A DNA stretch of 64,000 nt from an uncultured Acidobacteriota bacterium (lineage in GTDB: Bacteria; Acidobacteriota; Thermoanaerobaculia; Multivoradales; SZUA-115), in contig CAWDVR010000001.1 of assembly GCA_963805975.1 (NCBI GenBank), positions 992,001 through 1,056,000 of the forward strand, written 5' to 3'. The number at the start of each line of letters is the position of its first letter. Within the stretch, counting starts at the first letter, position 1. The notes below the pieces were generated by a model. That model was not told where the DNA came from. It ran no database searches and saw nothing but the letters and a program-made list of their open reading frames with translations. The translations under genes were made by a program, and so were the position numbers. Positions 8,508 through 18,737 of this stretch are shown here, in pieces.

Positions 8508-10910
8508 TCATTCTTCCCGCCTCAGGGCGGCCACCGGATCGGCCGCGGCAGCCCGTCGCGCCGGCGACGCGATGGCGAGGCCGGCCGCCAGCGCGAGCAG
8601 GCCGAGCGCCGTCAGGAGGGCTCCGGGCTCGACCCCACGAATGCCGTAGACCACCCGCGTCAGCAGCCGCTCGAGCGCCAGGGCCCCGGCCACGCCGGCG
8701 AGCGCACCCAGGCTCACGGTCCACGCGCCCTGGCGGGCGACCAGCGCCAGGATCTGCCGCCGTCCGGCGCCCAGGGCCATGCGGATGCCGAGCTCCCGCG
8801 AGCGGCGCTCGACGGTGTGACGGAGCACGCCGAAGATCCCGGCCGCGGCGAGCGCCAGCGCCAGCGCCGCGACCAGGCCGATGACGAGGCTGGCATACCG
8901 CGGCTGGGCCAGGGCCTCGGCCACGACGTCGTCGAGCGGCCTGAGCTGGCGCAGTGCCAGTTGGGGATCGAGCTCCCGCACGGCCTCGCGTGCCGCCGCG
9001 GCGAGCGCCAGGGGCTCGCCCGTGCCGGCCAGCAGCAACCCGACCTCGAACGGCGGGGCCTGGAGAAAGGAGACGAAGACTTCCGGCGCGGCCTCGCGCT
9101 CGAGCTGCACCTGGCGCGCGTCGCCGGCCACGCCGATCACCGTCCAGGCGGTCTGCGGCGTGATCTCGCGCTGCTCGAAGGCGAGCCGCTTGCCGATCGG
9201 GTCGCGGCCGGGCCAGGCCGCCTGGGCGAACGCCTGGTTGATCACCAGCGCGCGCTCGCCGCTCTGCGTGTCCGCCGCGGAGAGATCGCGGCCGGCGAGG
9301 AGCGGGATGCCGAGGGTCGCGAAGTAGCCGGGCGCGACCGCGCGGTAGCCGGTGCCATAGGCCTCGGTGGACGCCGCCGCCTCGGCGTAGGCGGAGCGCC
9401 GGACGGCGCGCACCGCGAGCGGCATCGGCGCGGTGAGGCTGGCCGCCGTGACCCCCGGCGCCTGGCGCAGCCGTTCGAGGAGCTCCCGGAAGAGCTCGCC
9501 GCGCGCGGCGGCGTTCGGGTAGCGCGCCGCGGGTGGGCGGAGCTGGAAGCTCAACACCTTGGCGGGCTCGAAGCCGAGCTCGACCCGGCTCAGCCTCTGG
9601 AACCCGGCGAGCGTCAGGGAGGCGCCGGTCACCAACATCAGCGCCAGGGCGACCTGCACCACCACCAGCCCGTTGCGCAGCGCGAGGCCCACGCGGCCGG
9701 CGTGGCCGCGGAGCGCGCCGGTGAGCCGGGCCCTCCAGGCGAGACGAATGGGCAGCAGCGCGCAGGCGACGGTCGCAAGGAGGATCACCGCCACGGCGGC
9801 CAGGAAGTCGCCGCCGTGGATGCCCATCGCGCTCAGGCGAGGGATGTTCTCCAGCCGCGACGCGGCGAGGAGCCTGGCGACCGCCAGCGCGAAGCCGAGC
9901 CCCAGGGCGACGCTGGCGGTGACCAGCAGCCCGCACTCGAGGAGCAGCGAGCGGGCGAGAGCCAGGCGCCCGACGCCGAGGGCGGCGCGAATCGCCATCT
10001 CCCGATCGCGCTCCAGCCCGCGGGCCAGCATGAGGCTCGCGACGTTGGCGCAGGCCAGCAGGAGCAGGAAGGCCCCGGCCCCCACGAGCGAGAGGAGCGC
10101 CGGCCGCTGGTTGACGTACAGGCGGTCGGCGAGCGGCTCGACCACCACTCGGGCGTCGCCGTTCTCCTGCGGGTAGGCCTCGGCGAGGTGCGCGGAGAGC
10201 GCCTCCATCTCCTGCCGCGCCGCCGCCAGCGTGACGCCCGGCCGCAGCTCCGCCATCACCCCCAGCCCGCGCCGCGAGCGCGAGGCGGCGGCCGGGTCGA
10301 GGGCGAGCGGCACCCACAGCTCGTGGCGCGCCATGAAGCTCGACCGTGCGACGCCGACCACGTGGTGGTCGCGGCCGTCGATCGGGATGGTCTTGCCGAC
10401 GAGCTGGCGGTCTGCTCCGAAGTGCTTGCGCCAAGTGGTCTCGCTCAGCACCACGACCGGCTGCGCGCCGGCCACGTCCTCCTCCGGTAGGAAGCCGCGG
10501 CCGGCGACCATCGCCAGCCGGGTCACCGGGAAGTAGTCGGCCGAGACCCGCGCGCCATCGAAGCTCACCGGATCGGTGCCGCCGGTCCAGGTGAAGCTGT
10601 CGAAGGAGACCGCCACCATGGCCGAGAACGAGCGGCTCTGCGCCTGCCAGTCGAGGAAGTTGGCGGGCGAGGTCGGCGCGCTCTTGACGGCGGTCGAGGC
10701 CAGCGCCTCGGTGAGCAGCACCATGCGCTCGGGCGCCCGCGCGGGCAGCGGCACGAAGAGGATCGAGTGCACGACGTTGAACAGCGCCAGGGCGGGCGCC
10801 GTGCCCAGGGTCAGCGTGCCCAGGATGCCCAGCGTGTAGCCGGGGCTGCGCCGGAGGCTCCGCCAGGCGACTCGAAGATCCGACAGCCAGCGGGGGGAGG
10901 TCTGCGGCAT
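8508..10910 (-). CDS. ADOP-type duplicated ABC permease (MacB periplasmic core + FtsX, twice)
   Basis: DLRVAWRSLRRSPG start, LLLLACANVASL, REMAIRAALG, LVVVQVALALML, RELGIRMALGA, ADPVAALRREE end. Confidence 0.9.
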   Translation of the reverse strand: MPQTSPRWLSDLRVAWRSLRRSPGYTLGILGTLTLGTAPALALFNVVHSILFVPLPARAPERMVLLTEALASTAVKSAPTSPANFLDWQAQSRSFSAMVAVSFDSFTWTGGTDPVSFDGARVSADYFPVTRLAMVAGRGFLPEEDVAGAQPVVVLSETTWRKHFGADRQLVGKTIPIDGRDHHVVGVARSSFMARHELWVPLALDPAAASRSRRGLGVMAELRPGVTLAAARQEMEALSAHLAEAYPQENGDARVVVEPLADRLYVNQRPALLSLVGAGAFLLLLACANVASLMLARGLERDREMAIRAALGVGRLALARSLLLECGLLVTASVALGLGFALAVARLLAASRLENIPRLSAMGIHGGDFLAAVAVILLATVACALLPIRLAWRARLTGALRGHAGRVGLALRNGLVVVQVALALMLVTGASLTLAGFQRLSRVELGFEPAKVLSFQLRPPAARYPNAAARGELFRELLERLRQAPGVTAASLTAPMPLAVRAVRRSAYAEAAASTEAYGTGYRAVAPGYFATLGIPLLAGRDLSAADTQSGERALVINQAFAQAAWPGRDPIGKRLAFEQREITPQTAWTVIGVAGDARQVQLEREAAPEVFVSFLQAPPFEVGLLLAGTGEPLALAAAAREAVRELDPQLALRQLRPLDDVVAEALAQPRYASLVIGLVAALALALAAAGIFGVLRHTVERRSRELGIRMALGAGRRQILALVARQGAWTVSLGALAGVAGALALERLLTRVVYGIRGVEPGALLTALGLLALAAGLAIASPARRAAAADPVAALRREE

Positions 10911-10922
10911 GGCGGCGCCGGC

Positions 10923-13328
10923 CTACTCCACGTACCCCAGGGCACGAAGCCGGTCGAGCTCCGCGCTCGACAGGTGGGAGGCGTGCTCCGCGTCGCTCGG
11001 CAGGGTCTTCTTGGCCTGGCCCTGGCGCCAGGCGTCGAGCACTCCCGCGAGCCGCCGGACCACCGCCGGCTCGCGGGCGGCGAGATCCTCGCGGTCGGCG
11101 GGCCGGTCGGGGTGGCGGAAGAGGGCGTAGGCCGCCGGCGCCTCCGCGGTGCTCCGGGTCTCGACCAGCTTCCAGCCGTCGAGGATGATCGAGTAGGCCT
11201 GGACCTCGCGCGGCGGCGGGCCGAGCAGGTTCTGGAGCCGGTGCTTGACCGAGAAGGCGGGGCGCGGGCCGCGCTGCCGCTCGCCCTCGCGGCCGGCCAC
11301 GAAGAGCGGCGCCAGGGTGCGTCCGTCGATCCCGGGCGGCGCCTCGAGGCCCGCGAGATCGAGCAGCGTGGGCATGAGATCGATGGTCTGGACCGTCTCC
11401 TCGACCTTGCGGGGCCCCAGCCGTGAGCCCTGCCAGAGCACCAGTGGCACGTGGGTCAGCTCGCCGAAGACGCTCTGGCCGTGAAACGAGCGCCCGTGGT
11501 CGAAGAACTCTTCGCCGTGGTCGCTGGTGAAGGCCACCAGCACCTCGTCCGCCATGTCCAGCTCCTCGAGCTTGGCGATCAGCCGGCCGAGGTTGTCGTC
11601 CAGGGCCCGCAGGGAGGCATCGTACCAATTGCGCCACGGGCTGATGAAGGAGTCTGGATCGAGGCCCGCCGCCCGCACCTCGTCTGCGCTCGGCATGTTG
11701 ATCGAGCGCATCAGGGGATCGGCGATGTGGCCGCGCACTTGCGCCAGTCGTCGGCCCTGCTCCTCGGCGTCGCCTGGACCGTTCCACAGCGTGTCGTAGG
11801 GCGCCGGCGGCTGGTACGGGTAGTGCGGGTCGAAGAGGTGGAGGAGCACGAAGAAGGGGGCGTGGCGGTGGCCCTCGAGCCAGGGCAGCAGGCGGTCCAC
11901 GTAGGGCCCCGAGGTCTTGCTCACCGGCTGCGCCTTGACCGAGGTCACCTCGTGCAGTTCCTCGAACCCCTGGTGCAGATTGCTCATCCGGCCGGTGAAC
12001 AGGACCGACGACAGGGACAGGGTGGAGTAGCCCCCGGCGCGGAAGGCCTCCGCCAGGGTGAGGGCGGCCGATGGCAGCCGATCATCGAACTCCAGCACCC
12101 GGTGCCTGTCCGGATAGAGCGCGGTGAGGATCGAGGGCACCGCGGTCTTGGTCCAGGTGGCCTCGCTCTGGCAGTCCGTGAAAGTGACGCCCTGCTCGCC
12201 CAGCCGGCGCAGGGTGGGTGCCGTGGGGACGGGGTTGCCGTAGAGGTCGAGGCGATCGGCGCGCAGGGTATCCGCGACCACCAGGATCACCCCGCGCGGG
12301 CGCTCGCCCGACGGCCCCCGGAAGGGCCCGCGGACCACAGGGCTGCCCCAGAAGCCCACGGCGCCAGGCTGCTCGCCGGCGAGAGCCAGCTCGAGGCTGA
12401 CCTGCTCTCCGGCGAACGCCGTGAGGTCGACGGAGCCTTCCTGCCAGCGGCCGGGCTCTGTGACCTCGTGCGAGTAGACCGTCTCCGCCGGCCGCCCCGG
12501 CCGGGAGAGGCGCACCTCGAAGCGCAGCGGCTGGCCTTCGAGCGTGCCCAGGGCGAGGTCCAGCCGGGGCCCCTCCGGCAGCTCGAGCGAGAACCGCAGG
12601 CTCTCCGGCGCATGGCTGACCAGGGTCTCCCGGTAGATCTCGCCCAGGCCCTGCCAGGAGGGCCCGCTGGGAATCGAAGCCAGGTGCTCCCGGCGCAGGA
12701 TCACGGCCAGGGACTCGATGGCGAAGGCGGCCTCCGGAGCGTCGCTGGGGCGGACCAGCACGGTCTTCAGCTGGCTCCGCCGGAGCGGCAGCGGCGAGGT
12801 GAGCACGTAGGTGTGGAGCCCGCCGTCGGCCAGGAGCGCGCTCTTCAGGCTCATCACCCCCCAGAAGAAGTCGGCCGGCTGCGCGGCCACCCGCGCCAGG
12901 TCCACCTCCGGGTCGGGCATGAAACGGACGTAGAGGTGCTTGCCGGCCGAGGCTCGCATACGGACGACCACCGAGTGCACCTCGTCCTCCGGTCCCTCGG
13001 GATCGGGTACCGAGTTGCTCAGCACACCGACCGCGCTCGTCGTCCTGCCGGCGAGCAGCGCGCCTTCGAGGTGCAGGTCGGCGATTCCGGGCCCGCTCTC
13101 CCAGCCGCTGGCCGGGGCGCTCGCGTCCCCTGCCGGCAGAGGCCGGTCGAAGCGCCAGGAGATCGCCGGCTCGGCCGGCGGAGTGGAGGAGTGGTCTGCG
13201 GCCTCGAAGAGGTCGGTCAGGCGGAGCGCGGTGGCTTCCGGCGACAGCGTCCGCCGGCAGCCCGCCGCCAGGGTGGCGCAGAGCAGCAGATGGAGCAGGA
13301 GCAACGGGCCACGCTCGACCACGGCCAT
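10923..13328 (-). CDS. Sulfatase-like (alkaline phosphatase superfamily) lipoprotein with long N-terminal extension
   Basis: Lipobox LAAGC; VILVVADTLRAD, FDPHYPY, FTSDHGEEFFDHG, HVPL, TIDLMPT, LRALGYVE end. Nucleophile region is WTKTAVPSILTALYP (Thr; no CxPxR). Start ATG 13328 preferred. Confidence 0.85.
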   Translation of the reverse strand: MAVVERGPLLLLHLLLCATLAAGCRRTLSPEATALRLTDLFEAADHSSTPPAEPAISWRFDRPLPAGDASAPASGWESGPGIADLHLEGALLAGRTTSAVGVLSNSVPDPEGPEDEVHSVVVRMRASAGKHLYVRFMPDPEVDLARVAAQPADFFWGVMSLKSALLADGGLHTYVLTSPLPLRRSQLKTVLVRPSDAPEAAFAIESLAVILRREHLASIPSGPSWQGLGEIYRETLVSHAPESLRFSLELPEGPRLDLALGTLEGQPLRFEVRLSRPGRPAETVYSHEVTEPGRWQEGSVDLTAFAGEQVSLELALAGEQPGAVGFWGSPVVRGPFRGPSGERPRGVILVVADTLRADRLDLYGNPVPTAPTLRRLGEQGVTFTDCQSEATWTKTAVPSILTALYPDRHRVLEFDDRLPSAALTLAEAFRAGGYSTLSLSSVLFTGRMSNLHQGFEELHEVTSVKAQPVSKTSGPYVDRLLPWLEGHRHAPFFVLLHLFDPHYPYQPPAPYDTLWNGPGDAEEQGRRLAQVRGHIADPLMRSINMPSADEVRAAGLDPDSFISPWRNWYDASLRALDDNLGRLIAKLEELDMADEVLVAFTSDHGEEFFDHGRSFHGQSVFGELTHVPLVLWQGSRLGPRKVEETVQTIDLMPTLLDLAGLEAPPGIDGRTLAPLFVAGREGERQRGPRPAFSVKHRLQNLLGPPPREVQAYSIILDGWKLVETRSTAEAPAAYALFRHPDRPADREDLAAREPAVVRRLAGVLDAWRQGQAKKTLPSDAEHASHLSSAELDRLRALGYVE

Positions 13329-13359
13329 AGGGATCCTGTCTCTAACCCACCCTTCAAGA

Positions 13360-13375
13360 TGCATGAGAACCGCCT
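13360..13375 (-). promoter_or_regulatory. Candidate sigma54 promoter for the sulfatase-like/permease/SRPBCC/MMPL unit
   Basis: Minus strand AGGCGGTTCTCATGCA keeps GG-N10-GC and TGCA, about 30 bp before ATG 13328. Weaker match than 5303-5318. Confidence 0.5.
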
Positions 13376-13419
13376 TTCGACGACACTTCGTCGGCAGATC
13401 GCGAGCCGCTGACCGGGCT

Positions 13420-13455
13420 GGGTCAGCTCTTTCACGCACGGGTAAGCTGTTTCAC
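13420..13455. promoter_or_regulatory. Tandem 16-bp direct repeat, candidate activator binding sites
   Basis: GGGTCAGCTCTTTCAC (13420-13435) and GGGTAAGCTGTTTCAC (13440-13455), 14/16 identical with 20-bp period, between the divergent genes; share the GGGTAA half-site with 5369-5406. Confidence 0.6.
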
Positions 13456-13564
13456 GAAGCTCCCCGCGAGGCTGTCCCATTTGGACGCCGGGCCGCACTT
13501 GAATTGATGAGTGCGCAGCCGGTTGAGTAGACGCCTTCTCAACCGGTCCCAGCCCCGACCCGCC

Positions 13565-14626
<1,062 letters not shown>

Positions 14627-14699
14627 CCGGCGTCGAACCCGGTGCTCGCCCGCGCCCTCGCCGGGAGCCGGCCCTGCCTGGAGTAGAATCCCGCCCCTG

Positions 14700-14775
14700 G
14701 GGCCGTTAGCTCAGTTGGTAGAGCAACTGACTTTTAATCAGTGGGTCGCAGGTTCGATCCCTGCACGGCCTACCA
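14700..14775 (+). tRNA. tRNA-Lys (anticodon TTT)
   Basis: GGGCCGT/ACGGCCT acceptor stem, D arm AGCTCAGTTGGTAGAGC, anticodon arm ACTGA-CTTTTAA-TCAGT, GGTTCGATCC T loop, encoded CCA; TAGAAT -10-like box at 14684-14689. Confidence 0.97.
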
Positions 14776-14800
14776 GCGTTCCGCCTGATCCAGAGGGAGG

Positions 14801-15592
14801 ATGGCTGCCGTGCATCCAGGTTCCAGCCGGCCCTTCGCTGCCTCGCGGTCCACTGCCACTCGTCCGACCGCGCCGCACGTCCAGAGAGCTCTGTCCCATG
14901 CGCGGGCGGATGGGCTCCAGTTGCGGAGGGCGGGCATGAGGGCGGGCATGCAGCCGCCCGCGGTTCTCGTCCTCGCCATGTTGGCTCCTCGGCGGAGCGC
15001 ATTCCAGAAGGTAGCGAGCGGCGGTCAGGCTGCCCACGTCGAGCGAGCGGTGAGCGTAGCCCAGGCGAAGCCCGCACCAGGTCACCTCGCGGACCCCGCC
15101 GTCCTGCAGAGAATGGAACGCCAGTCCCAGCAAGCCAAGAGCCGAAGGAACGTGCAGGCATACGCCGCCGACTTCTACAGCAATTACCGGGCGATCATCG
15201 ACGATCTCATCGACCGGGAGGGCTTCGTCGTGCGCGGGCATGCGTCGGGCAAGAAGGGCTCGGGGATGAACCAGGCGACGAAGGATGACCTGAGAAAGCT
15301 GCGCGATCGCGTCCGGGAGCGCAACGGCTCGGTGGAGCTGTCGTCGGAGGAAGACCAGGAGTGGGGAAGCAAGGCAGAGAAGGTGGAGCGCCTGCCCCAG
15401 ATGGTGTCGTCGAGCAAAGAGCTGATGTACCTCGCCTACTGTGACGCAAAGCTCAGAGCGAGGTGGGCGAGAGAGGAGCAGAAGGATCCGAGCGCCGCAT
15501 TTCTCGAGTATCTCAACGCCGCCTGGGAGCATCGCGCATGGCCAGAGGGCTGGAAGCAGTTCTACATCGGGGAGTACGAGTCGAAGAAGTGA
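14801..15592 (+). CDS. Hypothetical protein
   Basis: 263-aa ORF; low-complexity N-terminal half and charged, globular-looking C-terminal half; GGGAGG upstream (start 14801 or GTG 14810); stop overlaps next start (GTGA). Confidence 0.6.
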   Translation: MAAVHPGSSRPFAASRSTATRPTAPHVQRALSHARADGLQLRRAGMRAGMQPPAVLVLAMLAPRRSAFQKVASGGQAAHVERAVSVAQAKPAPGHLADPAVLQRMERQSQQAKSRRNVQAYAADFYSNYRAIIDDLIDREGFVVRGHASGKKGSGMNQATKDDLRKLRDRVRERNGSVELSSEEDQEWGSKAEKVERLPQMVSSSKELMYLAYCDAKLRARWAREEQKDPSAAFLEYLNAAWEHRAWPEGWKQFYIGEYESKK

Positions 15593-16356
15593 GACGGGTC
15601 TTGCGCCACCCGGAGGACCGCTGGCCGCTGGCCTACACCTCGATGGTACTGGCGGTGCAGCTCGGGCTGTTCTTCGGGGTCGAGAGCCTGTGGGCGACAG
15701 CGCTCTGCGTCGCCCTGTTCCAGCCGGTGCAGGCGGTGGCCATTGCCTGCAACCACTACCAGCACCACGTCAATGTGTTCACCGTGCGCGCGCTGAACAG
15801 GGCGTACGAGGTGGTTCTCTTTCTCCAGACCGGAACTCCGCCCTTCCTGATCACCCTGCACCACAACCTGGGCCATCACCCGCACTATCTGGAGCCCGAG
15901 CAGGACACCCTCCGCTGGCAGCGCCCGGGGGGCTCGCCCCGCAGCCGGCTCGAGTGCCTGGTGAAGAACTTCGCCGGGCACCTCACCTGGACGATCGCCC
16001 TCGGCCGACGCTACCCGAAGGTCTACCGGCGCTTGAAGCGCATGAGCGCCGTCAGCCTGGTGGTGCTCGCGATCCTGGTCTACCTCGACCCTGCCAAGGC
16101 GCTGATCGTCTTCGTCGGGCCGATGCTGCTCGCCATCTTCAACGTCGCGCGGCTGGGCTACGACCAGCACGCCGGCTTGGGGCTGGACGACCACTTGAGC
16201 GCCTCGCGCAACAACGAGAGCCGCCTGTACAACCTGGTGACCTTCAACTCCGGCTACCACACGGCCCACCACGTCAAGCCGGGCCTGCACTGGTCGCGCC
16301 TGCCCGAATTCCACCGCCAGCTCCGCGACCGCATTCCGGCGGAGCTGCGCTCTTAG
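15589..16356 (+). CDS. Membrane fatty acid desaturase family protein
   Basis: His boxes NHYQHH, HHNLGHH, YHTAHH with intervening TM segments; GTG start 15589 coupled to upstream stop. Confidence 0.85.
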   Translation: MRRVLRHPEDRWPLAYTSMVLAVQLGLFFGVESLWATALCVALFQPVQAVAIACNHYQHHVNVFTVRALNRAYEVVLFLQTGTPPFLITLHHNLGHHPHYLEPEQDTLRWQRPGGSPRSRLECLVKNFAGHLTWTIALGRRYPKVYRRLKRMSAVSLVVLAILVYLDPAKALIVFVGPMLLAIFNVARLGYDQHAGLGLDDHLSASRNNESRLYNLVTFNSGYHTAHHVKPGLHWSRLPEFHRQLRDRIPAELRS

Positions 16357-16397
16357 CCGGATCGAGGAGTTTCGACGCTCGCGGAAGGAGGGAGTCC

Positions 16398-17270
16398 ATG
16401 CACCGTACTGTCGAGCGAACGCAACCCCTATCCGCACCGCGGCAGGAGGGTCGCGTCAGTCGGGTCATGGCGGTCTCGTTCCTACTCGTCCACGTCGTGG
16501 CGCTAGGGGTCTTCCTGATCCCATTCGAGGCCTGGTACGTGGGGCTCGCGGTCGGTCTCTACTATCTGCGGATGTTCGGCGTCACCGCGGGGTACCATCG
16601 CTATTTCGCCCATCGCGCCTACAAGACCAGCCGGGCCTTTCAGTTCCTGCTCGCCTGGCTGGCGGTCTCGAGCGCGCAAAAGGGCGTTCTCTGGTGGGCG
16701 GCTCATCATCGCGAGCATCATCAGTACTCGGATCAACCAGAGGATGTCCACTCACCGGTCCAAGGCGGCCTCTGGTGGGCGCACGTGGGCTGGATCTTCG
16801 CGCCGCGCAACGTCGAAACGAACCTGGCCCGTGTACCGGACCTGGCGCGGTTCCCGGAGCTGCGCTGGCTGGAGAAGTGGCAGTTGGTGCCGCCTGCCAC
16901 GCTGGCGGCGGGGCTGCTGCTCTGGGGAGGTCTGCCGGCGTTGCTATGGGGCTTCTTCGTCTCGACGACGCTCCTGTGGCATGGCACCTTCACTATCAAC
17001 TCACTCGCCCATCTCTTCGGCAGCCGGCGGTATGCGACGCCGGACGACAGCCGCAACAACTGGTTCCTCGCCCTCCTCACCCTGGGAGAGGGATGGCACA
17101 ACAATCATCATTACTACCGGCCGGCAGCCAATCAGGGATTCTTCTGGTGGGAATTCGACCCGACCTTCTACATCCTGAAGCTGCTCTCTTGGGTTGGGCT
17201 GGTCTGGGACCTGCGCACGCCGCCCAGACGTGTGCTGGAAGCAGGGGCTCGGCAGTCCGGCTCGCGGTGA
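16398..17270 (+). CDS. Acyl-CoA/acyl-lipid delta-9-type desaturase
   Basis: GYHRYFAHRAYKT, WWAAHHREHH, DVHSP, GEGWHNNHH; strong RBS AAGGAGGGAG before ATG 16398. Confidence 0.92.
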   Translation: MHRTVERTQPLSAPRQEGRVSRVMAVSFLLVHVVALGVFLIPFEAWYVGLAVGLYYLRMFGVTAGYHRYFAHRAYKTSRAFQFLLAWLAVSSAQKGVLWWAAHHREHHQYSDQPEDVHSPVQGGLWWAHVGWIFAPRNVETNLARVPDLARFPELRWLEKWQLVPPATLAAGLLLWGGLPALLWGFFVSTTLLWHGTFTINSLAHLFGSRRYATPDDSRNNWFLALLTLGEGWHNNHHYYRPAANQGFFWWEFDPTFYILKLLSWVGLVWDLRTPPRRVLEAGARQSGSR

Positions 17271-17438
17271 GCGTGCGCCAAAACGTCCTGCGCGCAGCTT
17301 CATCCTGGCAGGTCGCGGGCAGGCTGCTCGGCCTGTCGCTCGCCCGGCGATACTCCGGGTGCTGCTCCCACACCATGGCCCGTAAAGCAGAACGTATTCC
17401 ACCGCACGCGGAGCCGGCCCTCCAAGGGCTCCCGAGCA

Positions 17439-17467
17439 TGGACATTCCGGCATCGACTCGTTACAGT
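17439..17467 (+). promoter_or_regulatory. Candidate sigma70-type promoter for the methyltransferase-CarF-thioesterase genes
   Basis: TGGACA-N17-TACAGT about 40 bp upstream of 17508. Confidence 0.4.
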
Positions 17468-17507
17468 CGCTCTCGAATCAAGCGTCTCGATCAGAAAGGG
17501 GCGGGCG

Positions 17508-18737
17508 GTGAGCGAGCTCTCTCATCCGGCAATCGCTGACGCCGCGATCGGCGATCACCCGGTCCATCCCCTGATCTCGGGGCTGCGGCAGCGCCATGCG
17601 AAACTCGGTGCTCGAGCCCGGCACTTCGAGCTACGCCTGCCGGACGGCACGGCACATGCGATCGGTGGTGGCGGCGAGCCCGCCTTCACCGTCCGCATCG
17701 CCACCGACAAGGGCCTCGCCGCCATGGCGGCGTTCGACGAGCTGGCGGTGGCCGAGGCGTACATGGACGGCGATCTCGACCTCGAGGGTGATCTGCTGGC
17801 GGCGCTCAAGCACCGGCCGGTTCTCGGCGACCCGCACCCGCTCAAGTACCTGGTCTCGACCTACGTCGAGCCCTTGCTCTTCGGCCAGGTGGGGCGCGAC
17901 AAGAAGTGGATCAAGAGCCACTACGACGTCGACCCCAACTTCTTCCTGCTCTGGCTCGACGGCAAGCTGCGCGCCTACTCGCACGGCTTTTTCGGGCACG
18001 ACGACGAGCCGCTCGAGGCCGGGATGGAGCGCAAGTTCCGCTACGCCTATGACGCCTGCGGCATCCGGCCCGGCCAGCGCGTGCTCGACATCGGCGGCGG
18101 CTGGGGTTCGTTCCTGGAGTTCGCCGGCGAGCAGGGTGTGCACGTGACCTCTATCACCATCTCCGACGAGTCCGAGCGGACGATGCGGGATCTGATCCGC
18201 CGCCGCGGCCTGGCCTGCGAGGTGGTCAAGGAGCACTTCCTCGAGTACCGGTCCGCCGAGCCGTTCGACGCCATCGTCAACCTCGGGGTCACCGAGCACC
18301 TGCCGGACTATCGCCGCACCCTGGCGCAGTACGAGCGCCTGCTGAAGCCGGGCCGCCGGGTGTATCTCGACGCCTACTCGGGCGCGCGGCACGGCATGCC
18401 CTCGTTCATCTCCAAGTGGGTGTTCCAGGGCAACACCTCACCGCTCTGCCTCGAGAGGTACCTCGCCGAGGTGGCGCGCACCCCCTTCGAGGTGGTGGTG
18501 ATCAAGAACGACCGCCACAACTACTTCCTGAGCTGCAAGAAGTGGGCGGAGAACCTGGAGGCGAAGCGCGACGAGGTCATCGCGCGCTGGGGCCGGCACC
18601 TCTACCGCCGCTTCGTCCTCTACCTGTGGTCGGCGGCCAACTCGTTCGAGACCGGCACTCTTTCCGCGCACCACATGATCCTGCAACTGCCGGCGCCGGG
18701 CAGCGCCCCGCGAGCGGCCCTGGAGTCCTGGTCGTGA
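17508..18737 (+). CDS. Cyclopropane-fatty-acyl-phospholipid synthase-like SAM methyltransferase
   Basis: AEAYMDGDLDLEGDL N-domain, IKSHYD, VLDIGGGWGS SAM motif, FDAIVNLGVTEH, LLKPG. Confidence 0.88.
   Translation: MSELSHPAIADAAIGDHPVHPLISGLRQRHAKLGARARHFELRLPDGTAHAIGGGGEPAFTVRIATDKGLAAMAAFDELAVAEAYMDGDLDLEGDLLAALKHRPVLGDPHPLKYLVSTYVEPLLFGQVGRDKKWIKSHYDVDPNFFLLWLDGKLRAYSHGFFGHDDEPLEAGMERKFRYAYDACGIRPGQRVLDIGGGWGSFLEFAGEQGVHVTSITISDESERTMRDLIRRRGLACEVVKEHFLEYRSAEPFDAIVNLGVTEHLPDYRRTLAQYERLLKPGRRVYLDAYSGARHGMPSFISKWVFQGNTSPLCLERYLAEVARTPFEVVVIKNDRHNYFLSCKKWAENLEAKRDEVIARWGRHLYRRFVLYLWSAANSFETGTLSAHHMILQLPAPGSAPRAALESWS

Noticed and set aside
15441-17270. 609-aa ORF as a fused double desaturase
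   Set aside because: The N-terminal half is off-frame of the first desaturase, which has its own stop (16356); the second has its own RBS and ATG at 16398.
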